Positions 1 through 12,689 of a DNA stretch of 64,000 bases are shown piece after piece (positions within the stretch are counted from its first letter, which is position 1; every line of letters starts with the position of its first letter). The translations under genes were made by a program, and so were the position numbers. The notes under the pieces were generated by a model. That model was not told where the DNA came from and searched no databases. It saw nothing but the letters and a program-made list of their open reading frames with translations. Origin of the DNA: Azolla caroliniana (taxonomy: Eukaryota; Plantae; Polypodiophyta); NCBI GenBank assembly GCA_043228905.1, contig JBHGNT010000010.1, positions 13,330,001 through 13,394,000 of the forward strand, written 5' to 3'.

Positions 1-2
1 TC

Positions 3-710
3 GAATGGAATATTGGTGGCCCATCAATGGAGAGCACGACTCGTTTACAACCACTAGATAATCTTGAATTGAATAATCTAGGTCGTCCACGACAAAGAGA
101 TATTTACGTGGGACCAAGATTATCGCATGTTGTTGAGGCGAGATGGCAAGGCAGTCTACATGAGCTACAAGTTGGTATGCTAGTTGCAACATTAGTTGGG
201 GGTGATAAGTTGGGCCATCCCTTTTGGATTGCTAAAATCATTGAAATTATTAAGGATGATGAAGGCAATCAAGTTCAATCCATTGTGGTTCATTGGTATC
301 ATACATCTTCCAAAGATGCATTTACCGGGAAGTACTCTTTAGAGATGGTTAAGGATGTCAGAGGCACAAGTAGAAAGATGAGAAGAAAGAATCTACCCAG
401 CATGTCTACTCTAACACTTGATAATATCAACATACTCGTGTATGACTTCTCATTGACCAAAACAAGCCATCTAAGACAGACTACAATCAAGATAATAAAA
501 GAGAAGGTCCCATATGTGCTTGTTGACGCATTACAGATACAAACAATGAGTATGTCTCATAATCACAGTGACGTTGGATTGCAATTGGATGAAGACAATG
601 CATTGGTTACTAGTGATGATGAGGATGAGACTTCACAAAGCTCTTCTCGTTCATCGGGTGGGTCTGAAAGGGAAGGTGTATCTTTGGGAAGTGATGGATC
701 TCATATATGA
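3..710 (+). CDS. 3' part of an ORF running in from the left edge; probably transposon-associated protein with a BAH/Tudor-like beta domain and acidic Ser-rich tail
   Basis: Frame of the 27..710 ORF is open back to position 3. Motif HPFWIAKI...VVHWY resembles BAH-like domains. No LTR-retrotransposon motifs. Confidence 0.35.
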   Translation, partial: EWNIGGPSMESTTRLQPLDNLELNNLGRPRQRDIYVGPRLSHVVEARWQGSLHELQVGMLVATLVGGDKLGHPFWIAKIIEIIKDDEGNQVQSIVVHWYHTSSKDAFTGKYSLEMVKDVRGTSRKMRRKNLPSMSTLTLDNINILVYDFSLTKTSHLRQTTIKIIKEKVPYVLVDALQIQTMSMSHNHSDVGLQLDEDNALVTSDDEDETSQSSSRSSGGSEREGVSLGSDGSHI

Positions 711-2779
711 AATGTAAATATTGTATGTTACATCAATATGACGATTCACAAATATGTATAAATATACATGTTAGTCATTTTGTAATTTTTGTACGTTCTT
801 TTGTAAATTTTACGTATCGATTATTACGGGCATCTTTTGAAAGCCCTAAATTTTTGGACATGGTATAAATCAATATATTTTGATTCTATTTCCAAAAACC
901 TTTACACATGCGATGGTCCTTTTTGTGAAATGACCTACTTTGTGTCTTTTTTGGACGGGTTGTTCTTAAATTGCAACATATTACCTATTTCAAATGACCC
1001 AGTGTTTATGAGGATCTAATTTCTTCCTTTTGCCTATAGGTACATGATTGTATGCGATTGAACCAAACACTAAGAGATGATTAAGGTTAGCTTTATGCTT
1101 AAACCATAGTGAATATGGTGTTTTCGAGGTCGGCACCGGCAATGACTAGATCATCGACCTATAACAAAATGCTAATCGGTCTAGTTCGACTCTACCGAAT
1201 GAACAATGAAGAGTTCATTTCAATGGAGCAAACCCCATCTTACGCAGTCGCTACATGATCTTCGGATTCCACTCCTAGCTTAAGTCCATACAACAACTTC
1301 TTCAATCGACAAACGACCGAAGTGTTCATTCTAGACTAAAATCTGGGGGGTTGTACCATGTACACTTGTTCCTCAATGCGAGGAATGCGTTCTTTACATC
1401 CATCTGATTTAAGTGCCACCCCTTTGCCGCTGCTACCTCCAGCAAGACATGGATGGTCATCATCTTCACAACCGGTTGCGCGAAGGTCTCGTCATAATCA
1501 ATGTCGCGTGGTTGCACGTAGCCCTTGGCCACCAATCGGGCCTTATATTGGTTGACAGAGCCGACAACGTTGCACTTGGCCTTGTACACCCACTTGCATC
1601 CAATCGGCTTCACACCCTTGGGGGCTTCAACCAGATCCCAAGTTTCATTCTTTGCTCAGGTGTGCATCTCTTCCTCCATTGTGGCATGCCAATTTGCGTC
1701 CTTTACTGCTTCTTCGTAGTTCTCCAGCTCACGCACTTCAGCCACCTTCACCATATACGCATAATGAGCGCCATAAAATCATTATACCTGTACTGAATTA
1801 CGAGATTATTCTAGCAGGTGGATCGGCATAACTTCTGGTTTGCCGATTTCTTGGCCCTCTCGGCTGACTTTGACCTCGTTTTCAGAGGTCCCTCTTTGCT
1901 CCTGGCCACACCGAGTTCTCTTTGATCAAATGTATCGGCCTCATTACCATATTCCGACATCTTCATCTTCTCCTTCTCCTTGCGCGTAAACCGTCTCCTC
2001 GGTTTCTAGCGTGGGGACTACACGACTGAGTATCCACTACTCGCCGGCTCTTCCTCCGACTAGTCCTTTCGACTCAGTCCCTCATTCAGCCCACTTAGCC
2101 AAAATGAGATTGGACTCTCTTCGAGAGTTCTGATTCCACTTCCTCCAGGGGCATCTGGATCTCACTAGCCTCATCCTTAGAATTAGGAATGGAGTAGATG
2201 GGGGTTGGCAGTGAGGGCAATTACCACGACGCCAACTCATCGAAAACTTTGACCTCTTTCGTTCAGGGGCTATAACACTTATAACCCTTCTACTCATTCG
2301 AGTAGTCAACCAAGATACACTTCTTGGCTTTTGCTTCTATTTTCCTCCGCTTTTCCTTCAGCACATGCACTATGCAATGCTACCGAATACCCTCAAGTGT
2401 GCCAGGTTCGGCATCTTTCCGAAATACAGCTCATGTGGCTATACTCCTCCATTTGCACAAGTCTGATTTTGTAGGTATACAGCCGTCTTGACGGCATCGG
2501 CCCAGTAAAACTTCGGCATATGCTTCTCCTCGAGCATTGCCTTGGCCACTTCTTCGATAGTTCGATTCTTCCTTTTGGCCACAACGTTTTGCTCTAGTGT
2601 GTATCTACAAGAGAATTCGCATTGAATTCCCTCCTTCTGTAGATAGTTAGAGAATTGGTCGGAAAAGTACTCCTTTCCGCCATCGGACCTTAGGCACTTC
2701 ATCTTTCAACCAGTTTCCCTTTTGACAAGGCTTTTCACCTTCAAGACGCAGGAGAAGACTTCGTTTATCTTCTCAATCA

Positions 2780-3155
2780 TGTTGGCCGGTCAGAAGAAGG
2801 CAAATGGGAAAGCAAAGATGAACCGGAGTCGAAGCGGATAAATAGATAAATAGAATTATTAGGAGGGACGGATCCGGTAGTTATAACCGATCCGGATCCG
2901 AACCGATTCGGTTTCGGTTAATGGTTGCCTAAGAGCACCGATTGTAATCTGGCCGGATGCCTATAAAAGGATCCGATGTTTTGTAATGAAGTGACGAAGA
3001 ATTAATATAGTTTTGCTTATGCTTACTGATCTGGTCTTCGTCTGTGCTTAAATGTAATTATCATACGCGTGTATTAACATCCTATCCCTACCACCCCTTT
3101 GGAGAAGTGTCGGATAGACACCTGTGTTGCGGCTAGTCCAGCCAGACATACAACA
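2780..3155 (+). repeat. G1 5' LTR
   Basis: TGTTGGCCGG...ATACAACA, TATAAAA at 2962; matches 12554-12562 plus 14039-14405. Confidence 0.95.
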
Positions 3156-3161
3156 CTATTT

Positions 3162-3171
3162 TGGCGACCAC
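3162..3171 (+). promoter_or_regulatory. G1 PBS, probably tRNA-Arg
   Basis: TGGCGACCAC 6 nt after the LTR, complementary to the ...GUGGUCGCCA 3' end of plant tRNA-Arg (recalled, not searched). Confidence 0.7.
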
Positions 3172-3183
3172 GATTCCTGCAGA

Positions 3184-6100
3184 ATGCAGAGGACAACCGG
3201 GGGATGGATGTCTAGACAAAACAACGACCACATCACCGAAAGAGGGAGACGCCACGCCGAACGGCAGCGACGACGGGAAGCCCTGCAGCAAGCCGTCGAC
3301 GAGATCCGGCGCGATCGGTCATTCTCCAAAACGCTTCGGCAAATCGCAGAAGAAGCACTGCAGTTCCAGGTTCTACAAGCTTCCGACGAAGGCAGTAGCA
3401 TAACCAGCCTCCAAGAAGCGGAGACACTACTACAGACTCTCGCCGGCGGCGACGGGGACGCAGCGGCATTTGCAACATTAGAGGCGGATTCGGATAGCGG
3501 GGAAAGCGTGGGATCCCGTTATAAAAGCAGCCATGAGAACAACCCCTTTGAGTCGGATTACTCAGCAACATCGGAGCCAGAGGAGGAAATAACTCTGGAG
3601 TTCGGTGACCGGCAATCGCCGAGGAGGGAGGAGCGGATACCAACACCACCCGCAGAGGAACCGCAGGAGCGGTTATCAACACCACCCGCGGAGGAACCGC
3701 AGGAGCGGATACCAACACCACCCGCGGAGGAACCGCAGGAGCGGATACCAACACCACCTGCGGAAGAACCGCAGGAGCGGATACCGACTTCGGAGGAACC
3801 AGCGCAAGAGAATCAGTGGGACGACACGATGCCGTATCCGTACCCAAAGTATCGGGATGAGCCCGACGCAGAAGCACATGTGTATGCATTCCTGCAAACA
3901 TGGGAAGCCAACCACGTGTCCCAGAGACTGACGGAGCCCGAGGCCGACCGATCCAAAGTCGCCGAATTCGGCATTACATTAGAAGGACCGGCGGCCCGGT
4001 GGCACGCAAAGCACTTACCAGGCAGCTTCGCCACGTTCAAGGCATTGAAAACCCAGTTTTTACGCCTGTTTCATAGACGAGTGGAACAAAGGGAATTGGT
4101 CGGACAATTCTACACCACCCGGCAGGGAGAAAACGAGACGGTCCCACAATTTATCATTCGTTTCCAGACCTTGCACAGTCAGTTAGCAAGAGCACCACCC
4201 GAAGAGGAGGCCAAAGCAGTCTTTTTGGCTGCGTTGAAAGAGCCACTTCGGGCGATGTGTGGAATCCTCGATTTCAGCACCAGCACAATGGACCAAGTCA
4301 TTGATCGGATCCTGGAAATGGACAAGACGAGCTCCTTCTTGCCGATGGGGGCGTTACACCAGGCGCTTCCGAAGGAGGAGGACCTCCGGTTCCGACAAGC
4401 CCTACAATGCACAACATGCCTAAATTCGGGGCACTCGACCGTCGACTGCACCCTGCGTGCACAGTGCATGATATGCAATTCTCGCGCCCACACAATGAAC
4501 CGATGCGAGTATAACCTGTTAACTCGACAAGCGGCACCGGTCCGACACATAGAACCGCGCAATCGGGATCCGGAAGAGGATCGATTCCGGAGGGACGACC
4601 GCTACCAACGAGAACGCGGCGACAGATACCCCGATAGAAGACGCGACAGCTATGACCGAGAGGAGAACCGCAGAGATAGCTACCCCCGGGACCGGTACGA
4701 CCGAGACGAATCCCCGGAATACGAGCGATGCAGAGAAGAAAGGCGGTCCGGGAACCGGAATTTCCGACGGAACCAAAGGCGTGGATTTTTCCGTAGAGAG
4801 GAGCGTCGGGAGGCAGCAAGAAATGACAAACCAGTAGCGGCACCGGAGAACCGAAAAACCGAGGACAACCGCCGGGGAATGCCCCTTCCCCAAACATGGG
4901 AAAAAGGAGAATCTAGCAACACGCACAGGGTGTACTGTTATTACTGCCGAAAAGAGGGGCATTACAGTAATCAATGCCCAAGCAAAACAACCGACAAGCG
5001 GCCGGCAGCCAACATGGTGACAGCCGAAGTACAGCAGGTTACCACGAGGTCGAAGGGGAAGGCCGCCGAATGGGAAGCCCAGGAAGCAATCAGAAAACAA
5101 GCGGCACAATGGATCAAAGAAGCCAACGAACAAGGTGCGGCGCAAGTAAGAGACCAAAATATGCCAAAGGATGAGGAAATCGTACAGCCAGGAGAAAACC
5201 CGACATGGCAAGCACTACAAGATTGTCAGATCGTGCTGCCGTTGGCACGGTTACTGCAGTTGGTGCCGCGGTTTACAGCAGACTTACAAGCCGCCGTGAG
5301 CAAACCGACGCCGACGCCAGCACCGGCATTTTTCTCCAACCCGGAGGAAGGCCCAGCGGTGGTCGATACCAGTAGCCCAGCAATCACGACAATCGTCAAA
5401 GGAAAGGAGATTCCAGGAACAATTATTGACGGAGGCTCCGGGGTGAACGTCATCAGCCGACAAACATGCGACGACCTAGGCATCCAGGAATGGGAACCAT
5501 GCCCCTTCTGGTTACGCATGGCGGATACAAGCTCAGTCCGACCAACCGGTCTTATCCGGGACTTGGAAGTAACGATAGGAGGCCACGTATTCCGGATATC
5601 GGCCGTGGTACTAGAGCTGAATGTACAAGGCGCATATCCCCTACTGTTAGGACGACCATGGCTGCGAACGGCGCATATCAAGCAAAACTGGCAAAAGAAT
5701 ATGATCACGTTCCGACGAGGGAAAACAAAGGTACGGGTAGCCACGCAACCACGGGTGCTCACTAGCAAGGAGGCAACCCCTTTATATGCCGAAAGCATCA
5801 ACATGTTGGAGGGCTTACCGGATGAGGAAGTTGATCGGTACCTCGAGGAACACCCACAGATCGTCCCACTTTTTGAGGTGGATATCACGGCAGCAGTAGA
5901 GCCGTACATCACAATGCCGGACGAGCTGGACAAAGCGGCGATCCGGGAACTACGCCAAGCACAGGAAGCCCTAGAAAGAGAAATGACGATATCCCAAAGG
6001 GTGAAAGCATCCCAGCTGGAAGAGGTGGACCTCGACACAACAGAACAACCCCGACCGGTAAAAGTCGCGAAGGAATTGCCGAAGGAGGAAAAACAGGCAA

Positions 6101-8984
6101 TGGTAGCACTATTAACGGATTTCAAGGACGTGTTCGCATGGTCATACGAAGACATGCGAGGGCTGGACCCCCAGCTCTACCAGCACCAAATTCATCTAAG
6201 TACTGACGCGAAACCCATCGCTCAACGCCGGTACCGGATGAATCCAAACTATGCGGCAAAGGTGAAGGAGGAAATTGACAAGCTTCTCCGGGTCGGATTT
6301 ATCCGACCAGTCAAGCAGGCAACCTGGCTGAGCCCGATAGTGGTGGTCCCGAAAAAGAACGGCAAAATCCGGGTATGTGTGGACTACAGGAAACTAAATG
6401 CCGCGACAGTGACCGATGCTTTTCCACTACCATTCACGGACGGAGTGCTAGATGCGGTGGCCGGCCACGAAGTTTACAGCTTCCTGGATGGATTCAACGG
6501 CTACAACCAAATCCGAATGAACCCGGCCGACCAAGAGAAAACAGCGTTCGTGACGGAATGGGGAGTATTCGTCGCGGTCGTGATGATGTTCGGATTAAAG
6601 AAAGCCCAGCCCCTGCAACATTTCAAAGGATAACTATGGAAATCTTCGGGGATTTTATTCCCGGTTTTATGCAGGTCTTCCTAGACGATTTCGCCGTCTA
6701 CAGCCGACACGGAGAGCATCTCGATCACCTACGACTATGCTTAGAAAAGTGCCGCGAGTACCGATTAAGTCTGAACCCGGCTAAGTGCGTCTTTGGAGTC
6801 GCAAGCGGCAACTTGTTAGGGCACGTGGTGAGTCGGGAAGGAATCGCGGTAGATCCGGATAAAGTAAAGGCAATTCTCGACGCACCGGCACCGAATAACG
6901 CAAAGGCTTTAAGCCGATTCCTTGGTCAAATAAGGTGGCATAGTCGGATGATACGGCACCTTGCCGACTTTGCTACACCATTGCACGCTGCTGTACATAG
7001 AGTACCTTTCCAATGGACAGAAACGGAGGAGAAAGCCTACCAAGCGTTGAAGGTCATGCTGTCACAAGCTCCGGTGGTGCAGCCGCCGGACTGGAGTAAA
7101 AGCTTTCACGTCTTCGTCGACGCGTCGGACGTAGCAATCGGCAGCGTTTTGATGCAACTCACGGAGCCGAAATGGTATCGGCCGGTGTACTACGCAAGCA
7201 GGAAACTCTCGAAAGCCGAACGAAACTACTCTACAACGGAACGAGAGGCATTAGGAATGGTGTACAGTGTCACAAAGTACAGGCACTATCTGCTCGGACG
7301 AAAGTTCTCCTTCCACGTTGACCACTCGGCACTACTCTACCTGGTCTCAAAGGCAGCCCTGACAGGAAAACTCGCACGATGGACGCTGCTATTACAAGAA
7401 TTCGAATTCGACATTTTCCACCGACCCGGGGTGCAGCATGCGGTAGCAGACTACCTGAGCAGACTAGAATCCGGAGAATCAGGGGACGGCGTACAGGACG
7501 AATTTCCCGACGCCGAGCTGTTTAGGGTCACGACGGCACCGGCAACGGAGGCCACAGTAGCGGACGAAGACAAATGGTTAACCGAAATGCATCAGTTCCT
7601 GAGCACCGGAGTTCCCCCGGAAAACCTGGACCGAGACGAACGGAAAAGGATGGCAGTACGGAGCAGACATTTCTGCTTGGTAGGAGACACCCTCTATCAC
7701 AAGGGGGCAGATGGCGTATGGAGGCGAGCAGTGCAGAGCGATGAAAAGGATCTGATCCTGAGGGAAGCCCACTGTGGAATTGCAGGCGGGCATTATGCCG
7801 GCGAAACAACAGCCCGGAAGATATGGCAGAGCGGACTATGGTGGCCGACTACCATGAGAGATGCCGTTAAGTATAGCAGGGAATGCGACCTGTGTCAACG
7901 ACTGGGCCAACCCACAGAGCAGGCCCGGATGCCACATCACCCGGTCATGCCATTAGAACCATTCCAAAAGTGGGGCTTGGACTTTGTCGGTCCCTTCAAG
8001 CCACCGGCAATGCGGACCGGAAATCGGTATATAATAGTGGCTACCGACTACTGCACGAAATGGGTAGAAGCAAAGGCATTACGGGACAACACGGCGGCGT
8101 CCACGGCCAAATTTTTATACGAATGCATATGGTGTCGGTACGGATGCCCGATTGAGCTGATCAGTGACCAGGGAGGACATTTCCTCGGGCAGGTGGTGGA
8201 AAGTTTGACATCATTCTATGCGGTAGTACACAAACGAAGCACTCCCTACTACCCTCAAGCCAACGGATTAGCGGAATCAACGAACAAAACGCTACAGAAC
8301 ATCCTTAGAAAAATCGTCAATGAGAACCGGACCGACTGGGACACGAAGTTGCAGAGCGTGCTGTGGGCGTACCGAACGGCGTACAAGACTAGCATCCGGA
8401 CGACCCCGTTCCGACTGGCATTCGGCTTGGAAGCAGTCATGCCAGTAGAATTCCAAATTCCTAGCTTAAGAATACAGGTTAAGGAGCAGTTAAGCGAGAA
8501 GGAATCCGAACGAATCCGGCTGGCGATGCTGTTGGAACTGGAAGAAAATCGAATAGCCAGCCTGCTACAGCTAGAACTAGAGCAAAGGAGGAGGAAAGCC
8601 TTCGTAGACCGACACCGGCGGGGTAACGAAAAGGAATTCGAAGTCGGGAAACCAGTATTGCTGTTCCAGACACGGATGGGGAACATGCCGGGGAAATTGC
8701 GATTTCGATGGACCGGACCATTCTGGATCAGAAAGGAGTACAATGGGTCTTACCAGCTCGGGACGTTGTCAGGAGAAGTTGTGGGCAAATGGGCAAATGG
8801 GTTTCGCCTAAAACCGTATAAGGGGCACATGCCAGCTAACCCCTTCAAGCAAGACCCGGACATCCTGAATGGCGAGGAACCGACACAGATCCGGAGGACC
8901 GAGGAGCCGACACCGAGGCGGAACAACGAGGAACCGACAACAGTACGCACCGACCCGAACACATCGGGGGGAACAGAACAATGA
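3184..8984 (+). pseudogene. G1 gag-pol polyprotein with one frameshift inside RT at ~6602
   Basis: Gag capsid, zinc knuckle CYYCRKEGHYSNQC, PR IIDGGSG, RT FLDD, RH VDAS...EREAL...DH, INT HHCC plus DDE. ORFs 3124..6633 and 6375..8984 join if 5 bp are removed. Confidence 0.92.
3631..3789 (+). repeat. 36-bp coding tandem repeat, ~4.4 copies (ERIPTPPAEEPQ), in G1 Gag N-terminus
   Basis: Unit GAGCGGATACCAACACCACCCGCGGAGGAACCGCAG at 3631, 3667, 3703, 3739 and partial at 3775. Confidence 0.95.
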
Positions 8985-8999
8985 TGCGGCACATGGGTG

Positions 9000-9070
9000 A
9001 AAAAAATAAATAAATAAATAAATAAAATAAATAAAATAATAAATAATAAATAAATAAATAAATAAATAAA
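9000..9070 (+). repeat. (AAAT)n microsatellite after the pol stop
   Basis: Pure A/T tract of AAAT/AAAAT units. Confidence 0.95.
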
Positions 9071-9486
9071 TGACGTGGTGCTAAGGTTAGAAAATTCAAG
9101 ACAAGAAGAGATCAAAAAAGAGAGGATCAAGAAAATCATGGTAATGATGAAGGAAGTAGTTACAACCGTCACACGGGTTCACGGGCTATTTAAAGCACAG
9201 AACGTGGGGGGCCGATGTACAAGATTTAACACGCGCGGCAACCAAGGAGTCATAATGACAGACACGTAGGAGATTCGACACACGCGGCAAAGAAGCACAA
9301 GCATGACACGCGGCAGCAAAGAACAGACATGGTATTCATGACAGAGCATGCGCAGGCGCCAAAAATAGGACATGTTATTCGAGGCAGAGGACGTGCAGGC
9401 GCCAAAATTAAAGAGTGACATGCTAATTATGGCAGAAGATACGCACGCGCGAAAAACAGGAAAAGGCGGCTATAGGGAAACGCCAC

Positions 9487-9494
9487 TATATAAA
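9487..9494 (+). promoter_or_regulatory. Candidate internal TATA box for the G1 extra ORF
   Basis: CTATATAAAGG followed ~25 nt later by pyrimidine-rich TTCACTTTT; ATG at 9630. Confidence 0.5.
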
Positions 9495-9629
9495 GGAAGA
9501 ACCGGAGAAGGGTTCACTTTTTACGAATTTTCCCACAAGCAAACGCAGGCTCAAGACAGCGAGATCCGACGCGCAGAACACCCACACCCCGACCTCAGAC
9601 CACAGGCAGCAGCAGAGGAAGAAGAAGCG

Positions 9630-12503
9630 ATGGCACTGTCGGAAGGAGCGCGACAATGGCTGAAGGAGAACGGATTAGGAGGGCTGCTGCGGGTCGCCGA
9701 CGCTCCGCCACACAAGGAACCAGAGCAGGCGGCAACAGCAGTGGACCTGGCAGAAGTCACCGAAGGAGCGGTACAAGCGCTCACCGGGATTGCGTAGGGC
9801 GGACTTCAGACAATAGAGCTACCCTCGAGCCAAATATTCTTCGAGTATTTCGGCGAATATTCCCTCAACAGCAAGGCGTATCGCACACAGGGCGGAGAGA
9901 ACCTGCTGTTCGGAGAGGTGGCCCGCGCCCTGATGGAGTATGGGTTCGTGAACCCTCGTCCGGCAGCCATAGCCAAATACCGAGCAGCGATCGTCATCGC
10001 GACATTCGAAGGCCTACAGGTGGACTGGCTCCACTTCATTACCGAAGGACTGAAAGAGGCGATCAAGCACTTGGTGGAAGGGAAGAAGCCATGGGCCGGA
10101 ATATCCCAATGGTTAACCGTGTTGGTCCCACCGGCGTCCCCCATCAAGCACAAGAAAAGAAGTCGGCAGGAGACTACGCCGAAGCAAACCATGAAGCGCC
10201 GACGAATCCTAGAGAAACACACTCCAGGATGGACACAGGAAGAAGAAGCGCCGCGGGAAGAAGGATCATCTCGACAACCGCGGGAAGAAGACTCCTCCCG
10301 ACAGCAACGGGAGGAAGGCCCATCACGGCAGCCAAAGAAACAGCAACAGCAACCGGCCACGAAGAAGAAAAAGGCGGAAAAAGGCAAGGAGAAGCTGGCG
10401 AAGAGGACCAGCAAGAGGCAAACCGACACCGAACCAGTAACGCTCGAATCGGAACCGGTACCAGTAAAGGAACCGATAGTCGCACCGACGGAGGACGCTG
10501 AAACAGAGGAAGACTCATCCGAACCGATGTTAATACTACCACCCAGGCGAGGAAAGGAGAAACGGGCGACAAGACCGACCCCAACAGCGGACGGAACTCA
10601 GCAACGGGCGAAAGAACCGCCTCCAGTAACCGGAACAGAAGCGACACAGGATGAAGGTCCGTCTGCACCAAAGACGGCAGTACCGGAACCGACGGCGGCG
10701 GAGTTCGAAGAACAAAGAAAGGAACAAGCGCCGGAGCAAGAGAAGAGGCCGGAGAAACAGTCGGAAAAACAGCCGGAGCTAGGTACGCCTGCTCACACCG
10801 ACGAAGGCAGAACAAAGGCACAATGGCTAAGGTGGTTGTCAGGGCAATTGTCGGGAGTGGCAGACTAGATGGAGAAAGAGGAGGAGCAAAGGGAACAAGT
10901 GACCAGGACGACGACTAAGGATATGGTCATGCTCCGGGCACAATTACATGAGCTGCAAGAAGAGCTAGCACAGGCAAAAGAAGGCAGCCGACAAGCACAA
11001 GATGGCACCGAGCCGGTCGGGACATCAGAAAAGCAAGCCGAACCAGAAACGGAGAAGGCCTTGCAAACCGGCCCTGAGACCGAGAAGTTAATAGCAACTT
11101 TGAAAGAAGAATTACAGGCTCAGGAGGCATTGAGAGATAACGAAAGGGAGCAGCGGAAGTTGGTAGAAGACGATAGACGGCGAATGGAGGAAGGCCTTCG
11201 CCGAAGCAAAGCCACCAATGACCGACTACAAGAAGAAAACGGGAAGCTGCAAAAGGAAAAAGATAGGCTGCGCCGACGAATGGAGCAGGAAATCGAGCGG
11301 TTGCGAGAGGAACTCCAACAACAAAAGGACCGGGATGATCGGTTGCGAGCTCAGGCGAACCGACGCCTAAAACAGAAGACGGAGGAATTCGACCGACTAT
11401 GTAAGGATTATAAACAGGCCACGTCAGACATCAAGAATCAGGCAGCAACGTACGACCGACAGATAGAGAAGCTGAAAGAGCAGCTCAAGGAAAACTGCTT
11501 GGAATTGTCCAAAGCAAGGGAGGAAGTATCGGCGGAGAAGACCTTGACGTCGGAACAAAGAAAGGAGATGGAAGTACTTCGGCAGGAAGTAGGGGAGCTG
11601 ACAAAGAGCAGGAACGAGGAAAAAGTGAAGTCGACTTTCGAAATCAACAAATGGCGGAGTACCTGTGACAAGCAAAAAGCCGACTATGAAGCTCAAGCTC
11701 AGTTAATGGCCGACATCATCAAACGGATAAGGAAGGAAAAACAAGCAGCTTCGGAACAGGCTAAAGCAGGGGTTGGCCGAATTAAGTTCATCATGTCAAG
11801 TTGGAGTACCCGAGCTCAGGCCAGCATAAATGAAAGCACGGAGAAGCTCTGGAGGGAATGGGCACAACAGGCAGCTGAACTGCAGACACTCCGAGCTGAT
11901 GCAGAAAATCGGAAGAAAACCGGAGATGGGTTCTATAAAATGGACGAAGAAAGTATCGTCAACAACCGGGAAGAACTGTCGGAGGATTTCTATGCTCTAG
12001 CAGAAGAGCATCTCAAGGAAATCCGAGGGTTAGTAGAGAGGTTGGATGACGGGCAGCTCGAAACCCAACTAGAATTGGAAGGGTACGAGAAGGACCGACT
12101 GCGACAGGAAGCCGAGGGACACACAACGCCGATCTCCATCAGTGAGGGCGAGCGACCGGCTAAAGAGGACCCAACCGACAACGCACCCCGACAAGAATTA
12201 CCCGAGGAAGAACAGGTTGATGCCGGGGATGATGCAGAGTGGAGACAGGGAAGTACCGAATCCGGGGAGGAAAGGACACAACCAGTGGAAACCGGAGAGA
12301 GCGATACCGGGAACGGAACGGAGGTAGAGCAGGACAGACCCAGACAGGATACAGAAGAAACACCGGTACCACCGGTACAAGCAGAGGCGGAGCAGCAAGA
12401 TGCGAAAAGGCAGCCAATCCAATCGGAAGTCGGAGACGGCACAGGCAAGACAACACTTGAAACCTCTGAGCGGAGTTTGCTGGATATTTTGGAGGAAGAC
12501 TGA
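9630..12503 (+). pseudogene. G1 extra 3' ORF (~957 codons) broken by two in-frame TAG; globular N-terminus, K/R-rich linker, long coiled coil, acidic tail
   Basis: ORFs 9372..9797, 9918..10868 and 10869..12503 share one frame, separated only by TAG at 9795-9797 and 10866-10868; 9798-9917 is open. Confidence 0.8.
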
Positions 12504-12562
12504 AGCCGGCTGTGGGTTCGAAGTGCAACGCACTTTCCCACGGGCGTGCCATGTGTTGGCCG

Positions 12563-12652
12563 TGTTGAAGACAAGGCCGTGTCGATGCGGAAGATCAAGC
12601 AGCATTCGATTGGGGTGAGTACCTGCGTATGACAGTTTCAAGGTCGTTGCAC

Positions 12653-12689
<37 letters not shown>

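Noticed and set aside
1107-1111. CACTA right terminus (TAGTG)
   Set aside because: Only a 5-bp match, with no subterminal repeats or partner TIR visible in the window.
3124-3183. ORF-track starts inside LTRs (3124, 41482, 13879)
   Set aside because: Non-ATG or LTR-internal starts upstream of the PBS; ATGs at 3184/3208 and 41701 are more plausible.
4179-6155. Long antisense ORFs over gag-pol regions (e.g. 5226..6155, 9806..10429, 43950..44516)
   Set aside because: Shadows of GC-rich, purine-biased coding strands with no recognisable domains.
6375-6633. Programmed frameshift between the two G1 ORFs
   Set aside because: The break falls inside a conserved RT motif and is explained by a 5-bp insertion; no slippery site or structure.
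10869-12503. env gene or captured host myosin/SMC gene
   Set aside because: No signal peptide, transmembrane segment or ATPase motif seen; generic coiled coil that is part of the longer extra ORF.
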